Shown: piece by piece, positions 10,069 through 18,307 of the stretch
Layout: the number at the start of each line of letters is the position of its first letter
Position numbering within the stretch: position 1 is the first letter of the stretch
Assembly (NCBI GenBank): GCA_963708185.1
Contig: OY970195.1
Span: forward strand, 192,001-256,000
Direction: 5' to 3'
Source: Candidatus Peregrinibacteria bacterium
GTDB taxonomy: Bacteria; Patescibacteriota; Gracilibacteria; UBA1369
DNA: 64,000 nucleotides
Notes under the pieces: generated by a model
What the model saw: the letters and a program-made list of their open reading frames with translations, nothing else
The model's database searches: none
What the model was told of the DNA's origin: nothing
Made by a program: the position numbers and the translations under genes

Positions 10069-10529
10069 GCGGTTGTGCTGAACTGGAGTTGGGAAATGCC
10101 AAGAACGATTGCGTAGGAAAGGGCGATGATGCCCAGCGCGAGAATGGACCACACGAGGATACCTTTGCCTTTCTTGATCTGGTCTTCGTTTCCTCTCGCC
10201 GAAACCATCAATATACCTGCGTAGGTGAAGGAGATGAAAGCGATACCTCCGGTAATTTGCAGCAGAAACTTGATGATGTTGGTGAGGGTGGTCTGCCAGT
10301 CGCTGCTTGTGCTTTTGGCGATGTTGGACACGATGCCGATTTTTGACTGGTCTCCGTTCGGCGCTCCGCTTGTATAGTTGAAAGGTCGGAAAAGATCATT
10401 GACGCTTGTCGGAGCGGTCGGAGTTGTTGTGTTTGTCGTGTCGTCCGCCAAGGTTACTGATGCCGTTAAGGCAGAAATGCCGGCGCCCAGGAGGAGCAAC
10501 ATAAACAAACTGTAGAATTTTTTAAACAT
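10065..10529 (-). CDS. TrbC/VirB2-like pilin
   Basis: YAGILMVSARGNEDQIKKGKGILVWSILAL. Confidence 0.85.
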   Translation of the reverse strand: MFKKFYSLFMLLLLGAGISALTASVTLADDTTNTTTPTAPTSVNDLFRPFNYTSGAPNGDQSKIGIVSNIAKSTSSDWQTTLTNIIKFLLQITGGIAFISFTYAGILMVSARGNEDQIKKGKGILVWSILALGIIALSYAIVLGISQLQFSTTA

Positions 10530-10531
10530 CG

Positions 10532-10969
10532 TTAGATTTTGATGGAAGTAATGATCTGGACGATGGCGAACGAGAGTATGGCGATCAGGAGCCCCGCCAG
10601 TGCCCAGGTGATGGTCTTTTTGGCAGCCCCGATTTTTTCTTCGCTGCCGTAGGCGGTGAGGATCTGGATGCCTCCGATGATGACAAAAAGCAACGAAAGA
10701 CCTCCGGTCAGGCCGATGACGATGTTGGTGAATGCGGGGATGACATCTTGCTGCAATGCCTGAGGGTTATCCTTTCCGACGCCTGGCAGTTTGAGCGTGG
10801 AAATGTCGATCTGCCCAGTAGCCGGTTTTGTTTGTACGTTCGTTCCTTCCGGGATAATCGGCGGTTTGGTCAAGGTGAGTCCGCTCGTGTCGTCGGCGAG
10901 CGCCAGCCCGCTTCCGGCCATGGCCATGAGGGTCAGCACTCCAACAATGGTGAGAAAGATTTTTTTCAT
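10532..10969 (-). CDS. TrbC/VirB2-like pilin
   Basis: IIGGIQILTAYGSEEKIGAAKKTITWALAGL. Confidence 0.85.
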   Translation of the reverse strand: MKKIFLTIVGVLTLMAMAGSGLALADDTSGLTLTKPPIIPEGTNVQTKPATGQIDISTLKLPGVGKDNPQALQQDVIPAFTNIVIGLTGGLSLLFVIIGGIQILTAYGSEEKIGAAKKTITWALAGLLIAILSFAIVQIITSIKI

Positions 10970-10970
10970 C

Positions 10971-11543
10971 TTAACCTGCGGTAAAAAAGTTTGGGTTGAT
11001 GGTATAGAGAATCAGCGCGGAAAGGAACAGCAGGACCAAGCCGGCCAGGGACTGAATGATGCGTTCTTTGGCTTTTTCGGTTTTACCCTGGTCTCCTCCG
11101 GCCGTTGAAATTTCGATGCCGCCCCAGACCAGTAAAAGGACCGTGACGATGCCGATGGTCCCTGCAGCCCATTTATAGATGGTTCCGACGTAAGTGTAGA
11201 GCAGCTCCGCCCCGGACTTGGTAAAGAAGATCTGTACGCGCTGGCAGGTCGCCGAATCCGGGTTGCAGGTGATTGTGTATGTTGTGGTGGTTTGATTGGT
11301 GGTGCTGTCCGTCGTGGTTTGACGAAAGCAGTTTTTGACGTTTCCTGAGCTTGAGTTGGTTTGACCGATCTGTTCTTCGAGTACGGTGATGATATAGCCC
11401 TGGGTTTTGTCCGGGTGATTGAAGTCGTCACAGCTCGGGTTTTGCAGAGCTGCGTGAGAGACGTTTGCTGTTTGCAAAAACATCATTGCAAGTGCTGCAA
11501 CCTGAACCGCGACAATCATGAGTTTAGGTTTTTGGGATTTCAT
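10971..11543 (-). CDS. TrbC/VirB2-like pilin with a Cys-containing N-terminal domain
   Basis: VWGGIEISTAGGDQGKTEKAKERIIQSLAGL...INPNFF. Confidence 0.85.
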   Translation of the reverse strand: MKSQKPKLMIVAVQVAALAMMFLQTANVSHAALQNPSCDDFNHPDKTQGYIITVLEEQIGQTNSSSGNVKNCFRQTTTDSTTNQTTTTYTITCNPDSATCQRVQIFFTKSGAELLYTYVGTIYKWAAGTIGIVTVLLLVWGGIEISTAGGDQGKTEKAKERIIQSLAGLVLLFLSALILYTINPNFFTAG

Positions 11544-11979
11544 AGAAAAGACTTTGAACGAATGCAGTGATGACGTAGGAAAGAAGGGCTACAGCCAGGC
11601 CGATGAGGGCCATTTTGATAATGTCTTTGCCTTTGGTAAGCTGGTTTTCGTTGCCGTGCGAGGTCATGAGGAAAAATCCTCCGATCACGATGGCCACGAA
11701 CGAAAGTGAACCGATGGTGAGCGTAAGGAAGTTGATAATTTCGATAATGAAACTTCCAACCGGGTTCCCGGTTTTGAGGTAGGACTGTTTCTGTCCCGAT
11801 GCTGTCAGATAACTTGATACATTAAAAGAAGCTGAAGATGCGCCGGTGTCGGTCGTTCCATTCGTTGAGCTGTCCGCCGCAAGCACCGCTCCATGCATCC
11901 CAAGTACGAGCGCGACGCTCAACACCGTCTGGATGGCGAGTGTGGCGAAAGACATGTTTTTGAAAAGGTTTTTGCGCAT
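11524..11979 (-). CDS. TrbC/VirB2-like pilin
   Basis: VIGGFFLMTSHGNENQLTKGKDIIKMALIGL; start placed at MRKNLF. Confidence 0.85.
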   Translation of the reverse strand: MRKNLFKNMSFATLAIQTVLSVALVLGMHGAVLAADSSTNGTTDTGASSASFNVSSYLTASGQKQSYLKTGNPVGSFIIEIINFLTLTIGSLSFVAIVIGGFFLMTSHGNENQLTKGKDIIKMALIGLAVALLSYVITAFVQSLFYEIPKT

Positions 11980-12156
11980 GGTTCGGTTTTTATTTTTATC
12001 TATATATTTTAGCATTTTTTGGCTTTTTTGACAATAAAGAAAGGGTTCCGGGGTCGTGGAATCCAGTGACACTTGTCTTGGTGATGAATTTTGGCTATGC
12101 TGTTTGCGTTTTCAGGCCTTTAGCTTAAGCTGTAAGGCCCTCAGTTGACACTTTTT

Positions 12157-12233
12157 GGGCCTTTAGCTCAGTTGGCTAGAGCGCTTCCATGGCATGGAAG
12201 AGGCCAGGGGTTCAAGTCCCCTAAGGTCCACCA
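12157..12233 (+). tRNA. tRNA-Ala(GGC)
   Basis: Acceptor stem GGGCCTT/AAGGTCC with G3:U70; anticodon arm CTTCC-AT-GGC-AT-GGAAG; TTCAAGT T-loop; CCA end. Confidence 0.97.
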
Positions 12234-12264
12234 AAGTTTTTCAGATTGGAAAATCCTGATCAAA

Positions 12265-13317
12265 TTACGCTTCAGGTTCGAACTCCTGAGGGAGGTTCGC
12301 CATAGCCTCTTCTTCGCTGATGAGGTCGGCTTCCAGAAGGTCCGTAATGGATTTTTTCATCGTCTGCATGCCTTCCTTGAAGCCCGTTTCGATGGCTGAA
12401 TCGATCTGGTGCGTCTTGGATTTGCGGATCATGTTGGCGATGGCGTTGTTGTTGAACATGATTTCAAGCGCCGCGATGCGTCCTTTGCCGTCTTTGGTTT
12501 TGACGAGGTTCTGCCAGATGACGGCGCGGAGACTTTCGGAAAGCTGCGCGCGGATCTGGTTCTGCTGTTCAAAGGGGAAGGCATCAATGATGCGGTCGAC
12601 GGATTTGGCCGCGCCGCTGGTGTGCAGGGTGGCGAGGACGAGCTGCCCGGTTTCGGCTGCGGTAATGGCCAGTGCAATGGTTTCCAGGTCACGCATTTCA
12701 CCGATGTAGACGACGTCCGGGTCTTCACGGAGTACCGAGCGGAGCGCGTTGTGGAAGCTCTTGGTATGGGTTTTGACTTCGCGCTGTTCGAAAATGGATT
12801 TCTTGTTCTGGTGAACGAATTCAATCGGGTCCTCAACGGTGATGATATGGGCAGCCTCATTGACGTTGATTTCGTTGAGGACCGCCGCCATGGTGGTCGA
12901 TTTACCGGAACCGGTCGGCCCGGTGACGATGATGAGACCGTTGTTGAATCCGGGGATTTTTTTAAGTTGTTCGGGAAGCCCGAGCTCGTCGAGACTGTAA
13001 ACGACTTCGGGGATCAAACGAAAAGCCGCGCCCATACCTTTGCGTTGGACGAACATGTTGACGCGGAAGCGGGCGACGTTTTCGATGTCCACCGAAAAAT
13101 CCAGGTCCAGATTCTGGACGAAGAATTTTTTCTGTTCGTCCGTCATCATTTCCAGGAGATAATCTTCCGCCATTTTTTTGGTGAGGACGGGGTGCTCGTC
13201 GATCAAAACGAGGTCGCCGTTAATGCGCAGCACGGGTTTGGAACCTGTCGTGATGTACACGTCGGAAGCCTTGTACTGGACGGCTGTCCTGAAGATTTTT
13301 TCAAGTTGTACTGCCAT
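12265..13317 (-). CDS. pilT: Type IV pilus retraction ATPase PilT
   Basis: GPTGSGKSTT, TVEDPIEF, LREDPDV, GEMRD, ETGQLVLATLHT. Confidence 0.96.
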   Translation of the reverse strand: MAVQLEKIFRTAVQYKASDVYITTGSKPVLRINGDLVLIDEHPVLTKKMAEDYLLEMMTDEQKKFFVQNLDLDFSVDIENVARFRVNMFVQRKGMGAAFRLIPEVVYSLDELGLPEQLKKIPGFNNGLIIVTGPTGSGKSTTMAAVLNEINVNEAAHIITVEDPIEFVHQNKKSIFEQREVKTHTKSFHNALRSVLREDPDVVYIGEMRDLETIALAITAAETGQLVLATLHTSGAAKSVDRIIDAFPFEQQNQIRAQLSESLRAVIWQNLVKTKDGKGRIAALEIMFNNNAIANMIRKSKTHQIDSAIETGFKEGMQTMKKSITDLLEADLISEEEAMANLPQEFEPEA

Positions 13318-13389
13318 AGTTGTAGGGTTTTATTTTTATTTTTGGTTTTTTTGCGGTATTTTTTGCCTCGAGCTCTTGAGCTGTTTTCT

Positions 13390-13965
13390 TTAAATGTCGA
13401 GGTCTTCAAAGTCTTTGTCTTCTTCGTCATCGAGGCTTTTGGGAAGAACGTTTTCGATGGCCGCCCATTCGCTGTCTTCAAGTTCCGGGATGATGATGGT
13501 GACGCGGTCACCGACTTCAGCGCGGAAATAGGTCACTGATGCCAGAAGCACCTTGAAGGCTTTGCTGTTGGCGATGACTTTGTACTGGCCGTTTTCGTAA
13601 GTGAGCGTTCCGATGATTTTTTTGCGTTCGATCGGGCCGATCTGTTTGTAGACGAAAGAGCCGTCTTCCATGATCGTCAGTTTCAAAATGTCCCCCGGGA
13701 CAAGTTTGGATTTGCTCGCATAGTTTGCGGGGACTGAGTAGGTTTTTTTGTCGGGGCCGATCATGTTTTGACCGTCAAAAACGCCTTCGATGACATGGCG
13801 TTCACTATTGCTGGACATGGAGCCGACTTTTTCGGCCATGGCAGTATACTGGGTTTTTCCGGGACCTCCGGTCATTTCCTGAAGAATCTGTTTGGCCGAA
13901 CGTAAGTTGGCTTCTGCAGAATCCAGCATTTCCTTAAGAAGGGCGATTTTCGAAGCTTGTGACAT
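13390..13965 (-). CDS. Conserved hypothetical protein (EGVFDGQNM / YSVPANYASKSKLV motifs)
   Basis: 191-aa ORF with an N-terminal coiled coil and a beta-rich core; resembles a family I recall as common in CPR genomes. Confidence 0.75.
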   Translation of the reverse strand: MSQASKIALLKEMLDSAEANLRSAKQILQEMTGGPGKTQYTAMAEKVGSMSSNSERHVIEGVFDGQNMIGPDKKTYSVPANYASKSKLVPGDILKLTIMEDGSFVYKQIGPIERKKIIGTLTYENGQYKVIANSKAFKVLLASVTYFRAEVGDRVTIIIPELEDSEWAAIENVLPKSLDDEEDKDFEDLDI

Positions 13966-14084
13966 TTTGTTTCTTTTAAGGATTTGGTTTTGCTTTTATT
14001 TATTCGGCACTTTTGTCGGTTTTTCCTCTTTTCTTAAGTATACCAGATTTGGCCTTTTTCTTCAACCCGTTTCAGCGGGCTTGA

Positions 14085-14456
14085 TCAGGTTGAGGCACCG
14101 GGACTTTTTTCTTTGTTTTCAACGAGGCTTTGCAGTACGGCGCGGCGGGTGGTTCCGATGTTGGAGAAGATGCGGAAGGTGAAGACGAAGGTGGCGGCAA
14201 GGTAGAGGTCAAGCCCGAGTTTGTCCCCGAGCAGCGTGATGGCGATGGAAAGGATGATGTTGAAAAAAAGACCCGTAATGAAAATAATGGCGTCGAAACG
14301 ATCGTTGGTGATCTCGGCTCTGATGGCTCCAAAAAGCGCATCCAGAATGCCCATGATGACCACCGCGGAGTATTTGGTGAGTTCCAGCGGGATAGGGAAG
14401 TTGATGCCTAGCCCGAGGACGATACCGATGACGATGCCGACAATTGCCCAGATCAT
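14085..14456 (-). CDS. Small basic protein Sbp / DUF1290
   Basis: KYSAVVIMGILDALFGAIRA..FITGLFFN..LGDKLGLDLYLAA..RIFSNI; downstream of divIB as in Firmicutes. Confidence 0.88.
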   Translation of the reverse strand: MIWAIVGIVIGIVLGLGINFPIPLELTKYSAVVIMGILDALFGAIRAEITNDRFDAIIFITGLFFNIILSIAITLLGDKLGLDLYLAATFVFTFRIFSNIGTTRRAVLQSLVENKEKSPGAST

Positions 14457-14499
14457 TGAAAAAGAATCAAGAAATGAGAAGAAAGAAAAAAGAGGTTTT

Positions 14500-15453
14500 T
14501 TAGGCTCGAGGCTTGTATATGACTTTTTCATTGTCCGTCCCGGAGATCCTTAAGTCAATATATTCGAGCGGAGTGTTATAGATGTCGAGTTTTGGGAGAG
14601 CTTTTTTGAGCTTGTCCAGCTGGGCGTTGAGGTCTTTTTCCATGTCGATCCAGACCATGAAGTTTTTTTCGGTCTGGAGGTGGACTTCGCGTTCGCGCAC
14701 GTGGTATTCGGCGTTGAGGATTTTCATCGAAAATTTTTCCTGGAACGACGTGACCGCATTGAGGATATAGTTGAGTTTGTCCTGATCGATGGCGTCGGTA
14801 TGGACACTGAACACCTCGTTCGTGAAGATTTTTATGTACGGAAGATCGGGATTGTCGATATTCTCGTCGGTCAGGAAGCCCTGGCTGTCCACGAGGAATT
14901 TCTTCTGGATGCCCTCCACGACATTCACTATGTTAGCAACAATCGGATATTTTTCAATTTGTAGCCGGATTTTCTGGGGGAATATTTTATTGACGATGAT
15001 TTTTTTGAACTCCGGATGGATGGCGCGGACGTCATTGACGATCTGCTGCTGGTCGACAAAGATGAGGTTCTGGTTCTTTTCTTTTTTGAGCAGGGCGTTG
15101 AGGTCGTCTTCGGTCGTCACTTTCGTCCCGTCTTCGACGATATCCCAGGTTTTGACGTCAAAAAAATTTGAGAACCCCACGAGGTAGATAATCCCGATGA
15201 GTACGGCCAGTCCAACCAGAAGAGTGAGCGTTTTTTTCGCTTTGGAAACGGTTCGCGGCTGGATGGTGGGCATCACCAGCGTTTTTTTTCTTTTTCCTCG
15301 TTTAAAGAACTTGCTCGGTACGATGGCTTTTTTTACGTACGGTGAGCGAAGTTCGGCAATTCGACTTGAAGTGCCGCTTTTTTTACCCCTGAAGAGGGAT
15401 TTTTTCTCTCTCCCGGGGATCTTCGATTTTTTTCTGAATGGGAAAATCCCCAT
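14500..15453 (-). CDS. ftsQ: Cell division protein FtsQ/DivIB
   Basis: Basic N-terminus, one TM helix, POTRA (NLIFVD..KIFPQKIRLQIEK), C-terminal YIDLR. Confidence 0.85.
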   Translation of the reverse strand: MGIFPFRKKSKIPGREKKSLFRGKKSGTSSRIAELRSPYVKKAIVPSKFFKRGKRKKTLVMPTIQPRTVSKAKKTLTLLVGLAVLIGIIYLVGFSNFFDVKTWDIVEDGTKVTTEDDLNALLKKEKNQNLIFVDQQQIVNDVRAIHPEFKKIIVNKIFPQKIRLQIEKYPIVANIVNVVEGIQKKFLVDSQGFLTDENIDNPDLPYIKIFTNEVFSVHTDAIDQDKLNYILNAVTSFQEKFSMKILNAEYHVREREVHLQTEKNFMVWIDMEKDLNAQLDKLKKALPKLDIYNTPLEYIDLRISGTDNEKVIYKPRA

Positions 15454-15475
15454 GGTGGTCGCAAAAACGTGCCAC

Positions 15476-16789
15476 CTAAAAATAAAGGAAACCGACGATC
15501 GTGACAAGGAAAAGTCCCGCAAATACCTTCAGAAGAGGTTTGAAGAGTTTTTTGTTTCCGAAGAGCAGGACCAGAAAGGCTTTCTGGAACATATTGAGGA
15601 ACATTACCAGCAGGATGACGTTCTTGGCCTGGGTCATGGTGATCAGTTTTCCGGCGCTCGCGGCTGATGAAATGACGAAAGGGTCGTCGATGGCGAAGAA
15701 CGCCGTGAGCGCCGCGATGATGTAGTAGAAGTTGACGCTGGCGTAGGTCAGGACGAGCTTGGCGATGAGCAACGCTCCGGAAATGAATCCTCCCATTTTC
15801 AGCGCTTGCATGAGTTCGAAAGGCGTCTTGAGCTTCATCGCTTTCGCCGGTTTGATACCGGATTTCTTTTTGTGGAAGTAAAGGTAAGCGCCCGCTCCCA
15901 TCAAGTAGAGCGCCATCAGCAGGACCGGAATGAACGTCCGGTTGAAAAGTTCAGCGTTGAGTGCCCGGATGAAAATGAACGTTCTGGTGAAACTGATACC
16001 GCAGGCGAAGATGATTCCGGTCACGAACGGCGTCGTTATTTCCGGATGTTTTTTGCTTTGTTGCGACAGGGAAAGCGAGGTGGCGGTACTGGAATACAGA
16101 CCGCCGATGAGTCCGGAAATGCTGATGCCTTTTCTGTTTCCGATAGTTTTGATGAGGATGTAGCCGAGAAAACTTATGCCGGATACAAGGACCACCAGAA
16201 ACCAGATATTGTAAGGGTTGAGGACCTGGATCTGGTCGAAAGCCGCCGGAGGCGGCGTGTTGGGGAAGAAAGCGTTGTAAATCGTGTGGTCGTAGTATTG
16301 ATTTGGCAGGAAAGGCAGGATGATAAACGCAATGATGGCGAATTTGACGGTGTCATAGATTTCATGGGTGTTGATTTTCATGACAGCATGGTGGAGTACC
16401 GTCTTGATCGAAAGGATCAAAGTCACAAGGATGGCAAGAATAACCGCCAATTGCATATATCCGTCCATGGCCATTGCTCCGAGTAAAAAGACCACGATCG
16501 TACTGATTTCCGTGGTGATACCGATTCTTTTCAGTGCAATGGCAAGGTAGATGTAACTGGAGAGCACGAACAGAATCAGGGCAATAAAACAGACCAGAAA
16601 GAATACGGGGTTGACGGTTTTTCCTAAAAAAGCCGATATTGCCCCAAACAGACAGATCAAAATGTCTGTTCTGATGCCGATCTGGCTGACGCCCTGTTTG
16701 TACTGTTTCGCTTTTTCTCTCTCCAATCCGATGAGCGCCCCGATGATGATGCTCGCTCCGATGGCAATGAGAATATTTAAGATATCCAT
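15476..16789 (-). CDS. MgtC/SapB family membrane protein with DUF4010
   Basis: GALIGLERE, GIRT, GITTE, ILPFLPN, NPYNIW, GGLYSSTAT. Confidence 0.9.
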   Translation of the reverse strand: MDILNILIAIGASIIIGALIGLEREKAKQYKQGVSQIGIRTDILICLFGAISAFLGKTVNPVFFLVCFIALILFVLSSYIYLAIALKRIGITTEISTIVVFLLGAMAMDGYMQLAVILAILVTLILSIKTVLHHAVMKINTHEIYDTVKFAIIAFIILPFLPNQYYDHTIYNAFFPNTPPPAAFDQIQVLNPYNIWFLVVLVSGISFLGYILIKTIGNRKGISISGLIGGLYSSTATSLSLSQQSKKHPEITTPFVTGIIFACGISFTRTFIFIRALNAELFNRTFIPVLLMALYLMGAGAYLYFHKKKSGIKPAKAMKLKTPFELMQALKMGGFISGALLIAKLVLTYASVNFYYIIAALTAFFAIDDPFVISSAASAGKLITMTQAKNVILLVMFLNMFQKAFLVLLFGNKKLFKPLLKVFAGLFLVTIVGFLYF

Positions 16790-16836
16790 GGGGTTTTTAT
16801 GTTTGTTTTATCATGTCATTATAACATTTTCCATAC

Positions 16837-16868
16837 AAAAAAGGAACCTTCCCGAAGGACAGGTTCCT
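16837..16868 (-). terminator. Intrinsic terminator with CUUCGG loop
   Basis: Minus strand AGGAACCTGTCC-TTCG-GGAAGGTTCC followed by TTTTTT. Confidence 0.85.
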
Positions 16869-16888
16869 GAAGCTGTTTGCGAAAAGAA

Positions 16889-17047
16889 TTAGGCGTGGGC
16901 TTTGACCGCTTCGTCGAGTGCTTTCAGCAAAACCTCTTTTCTTACCTTGGCTTTGGCTTTATTGCGGCGTTTGCGGAGTTTGCTCTTGGGACGGAGCGCG
17001 TTCATGGTGCTGAGTCCGTGCTGGTGATTGATGTGTTTATTCGACAT
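16889..17047 (-). CDS. Small basic protein, 52 aa (not in ORF track)
   Basis: Read by hand: MSNKHINHQHGLSTMNALRPKSKLRKRRNKAKAKVRKEVLLKALDEAVKAHA*; TTGACT promoter element upstream and terminator downstream. Confidence 0.75.
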   Translation of the reverse strand: MSNKHINHQHGLSTMNALRPKSKLRKRRNKAKAKVRKEVLLKALDEAVKAHA

Positions 17048-17107
17048 ACGGAATGTGATTAAGGCCTTAGTATTTAAGCGAATAAGCCCCTGTAAGTCAA
17101 GGTAACT

Positions 17108-18133
17108 TTATACCTCCGGTTCGTCTTCGTCGGCGACTTCGGCGATTTCCTGAGGCTGACCTTGCATTTCCGCTCCGGGCTGAGCTGTTTCGACGGCCTG
17201 GGCCTGGGCGAACAGCGGAGAGCTGTAGAACTCCTGGATTCTGCGTTTGTGGTCTTCGGAGAGCTTGAGAAGGTCGTTTTCTTCCTCCCCCTGGAAATCT
17301 TTGCTGAACGGCATGAAGATTTTCTGTTCGTCGAAGGAACGCACGATGGAGAAAGCGATTTCGGAACGTATCTTGAGGATGTTGCAGGGCTGGTGAACCC
17401 AGAATTTGAGTTCGAACATGATGCCCGTATCCGTGAATTTTTTGAAGATGATGGAGTGTTTGGGGCTTTTGAGGACGGCGGGATTGTTTTCGAGTATTTT
17501 ATCGAAAACGGTCATGGCCATGTTCATGTCCGAGGCGTAACCGATGGTGACGTCGACGGCGAGTCTCCTTACCGGACTGACGGCGATGTTGGAGTAGTTG
17601 ATGATGGACTGCGTCATGACGTCGCTGTTGTAGATGGTGATGTAGCGGCGGTCGAATGTCTGAAGCGTCGTCGACTGGAAATCCATTTTGTGGACTTTTC
17701 CCGTGAACGTCCTGATTTTGACGGTATCGCCGATTTTGAACGGAGCCTTAAACAGAATCAAAATGCCGGCAACGTAGTTTTTGATGACGTCCTGAAGCCC
17801 GTAACTTAAACCCAGGATGCTGACGCTTACCAGAAGGGTCATGTCGATGCCGACGTTTTTGAGCGCCAGTGTGATAGTGATGACGACAATGAAACCGGTG
17901 GTGATTTTTTCGAAAAGATTGACCGCGGTCTGCTGTTCTTTGTGGGTGACCGCGATTTTTCTCAGCCTTCCTCGGAGATACCGGATCAAAAAAATGGCGA
18001 CGATAACAATGACCGCGCTTTCGAGCACCAGCAGGAACTTTTCCAAAATTTGAGGAAGCAATGTCGAAAAATCGATGTTTCCTCCACTGCTAGCGTCGCC
18101 CGAGGGTATGGTTGTTGGCAAAGGTTGAGCCAT
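17108..18133 (-). CDS. Small-conductance mechanosensitive channel (MscS family)
   Basis: GLSYGLQDVIKNYVAGILILFKAPFKIGDTVKI; VTIGYASD. Confidence 0.92.
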   Translation of the reverse strand: MAQPLPTTIPSGDASSGGNIDFSTLLPQILEKFLLVLESAVIVIVAIFLIRYLRGRLRKIAVTHKEQQTAVNLFEKITTGFIVVITITLALKNVGIDMTLLVSVSILGLSYGLQDVIKNYVAGILILFKAPFKIGDTVKIRTFTGKVHKMDFQSTTLQTFDRRYITIYNSDVMTQSIINYSNIAVSPVRRLAVDVTIGYASDMNMAMTVFDKILENNPAVLKSPKHSIIFKKFTDTGIMFELKFWVHQPCNILKIRSEIAFSIVRSFDEQKIFMPFSKDFQGEEENDLLKLSEDHKRRIQEFYSSPLFAQAQAVETAQPGAEMQGQPQEIAEVADEDEPEV

Positions 18134-18235
18134 GGGATTTCAGTTTTTGTTTTTTTTCAATTGTTTTTTCCCAACATTATACCAAAAATACGCTTTTTTT
18201 TCAATTCGGCCAGGTTTCTTCGGGTGTATTGTCGT

Positions 18236-18264
18236 TTGACGAAATTTTCAAATATGTTTATAAT
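18236..18264 (+). promoter_or_regulatory. Sigma70 promoter of the SLH protein gene
   Basis: TTGACG-N17-TATAAT. Confidence 0.8.
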
Positions 18265-18307
18265 TAAAAGATTAAAATTAATATTTAAAATTTAAAAACA
18301 AAAATTT

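Noticed and set aside
12409-13539. Long antisense ORFs (for example 12409..13539, 23908..24717, 46732..47673, 5842..6678)
   Set aside because: They are shadows of well-supported genes on the opposite strand, caused by codon bias
16889-17047. Possible ribosomal protein bS21
   Set aside because: It lacks the bS21 pattern (E..E.ALRRFKR, ..Y.KPS), so it is kept as an unknown basic protein
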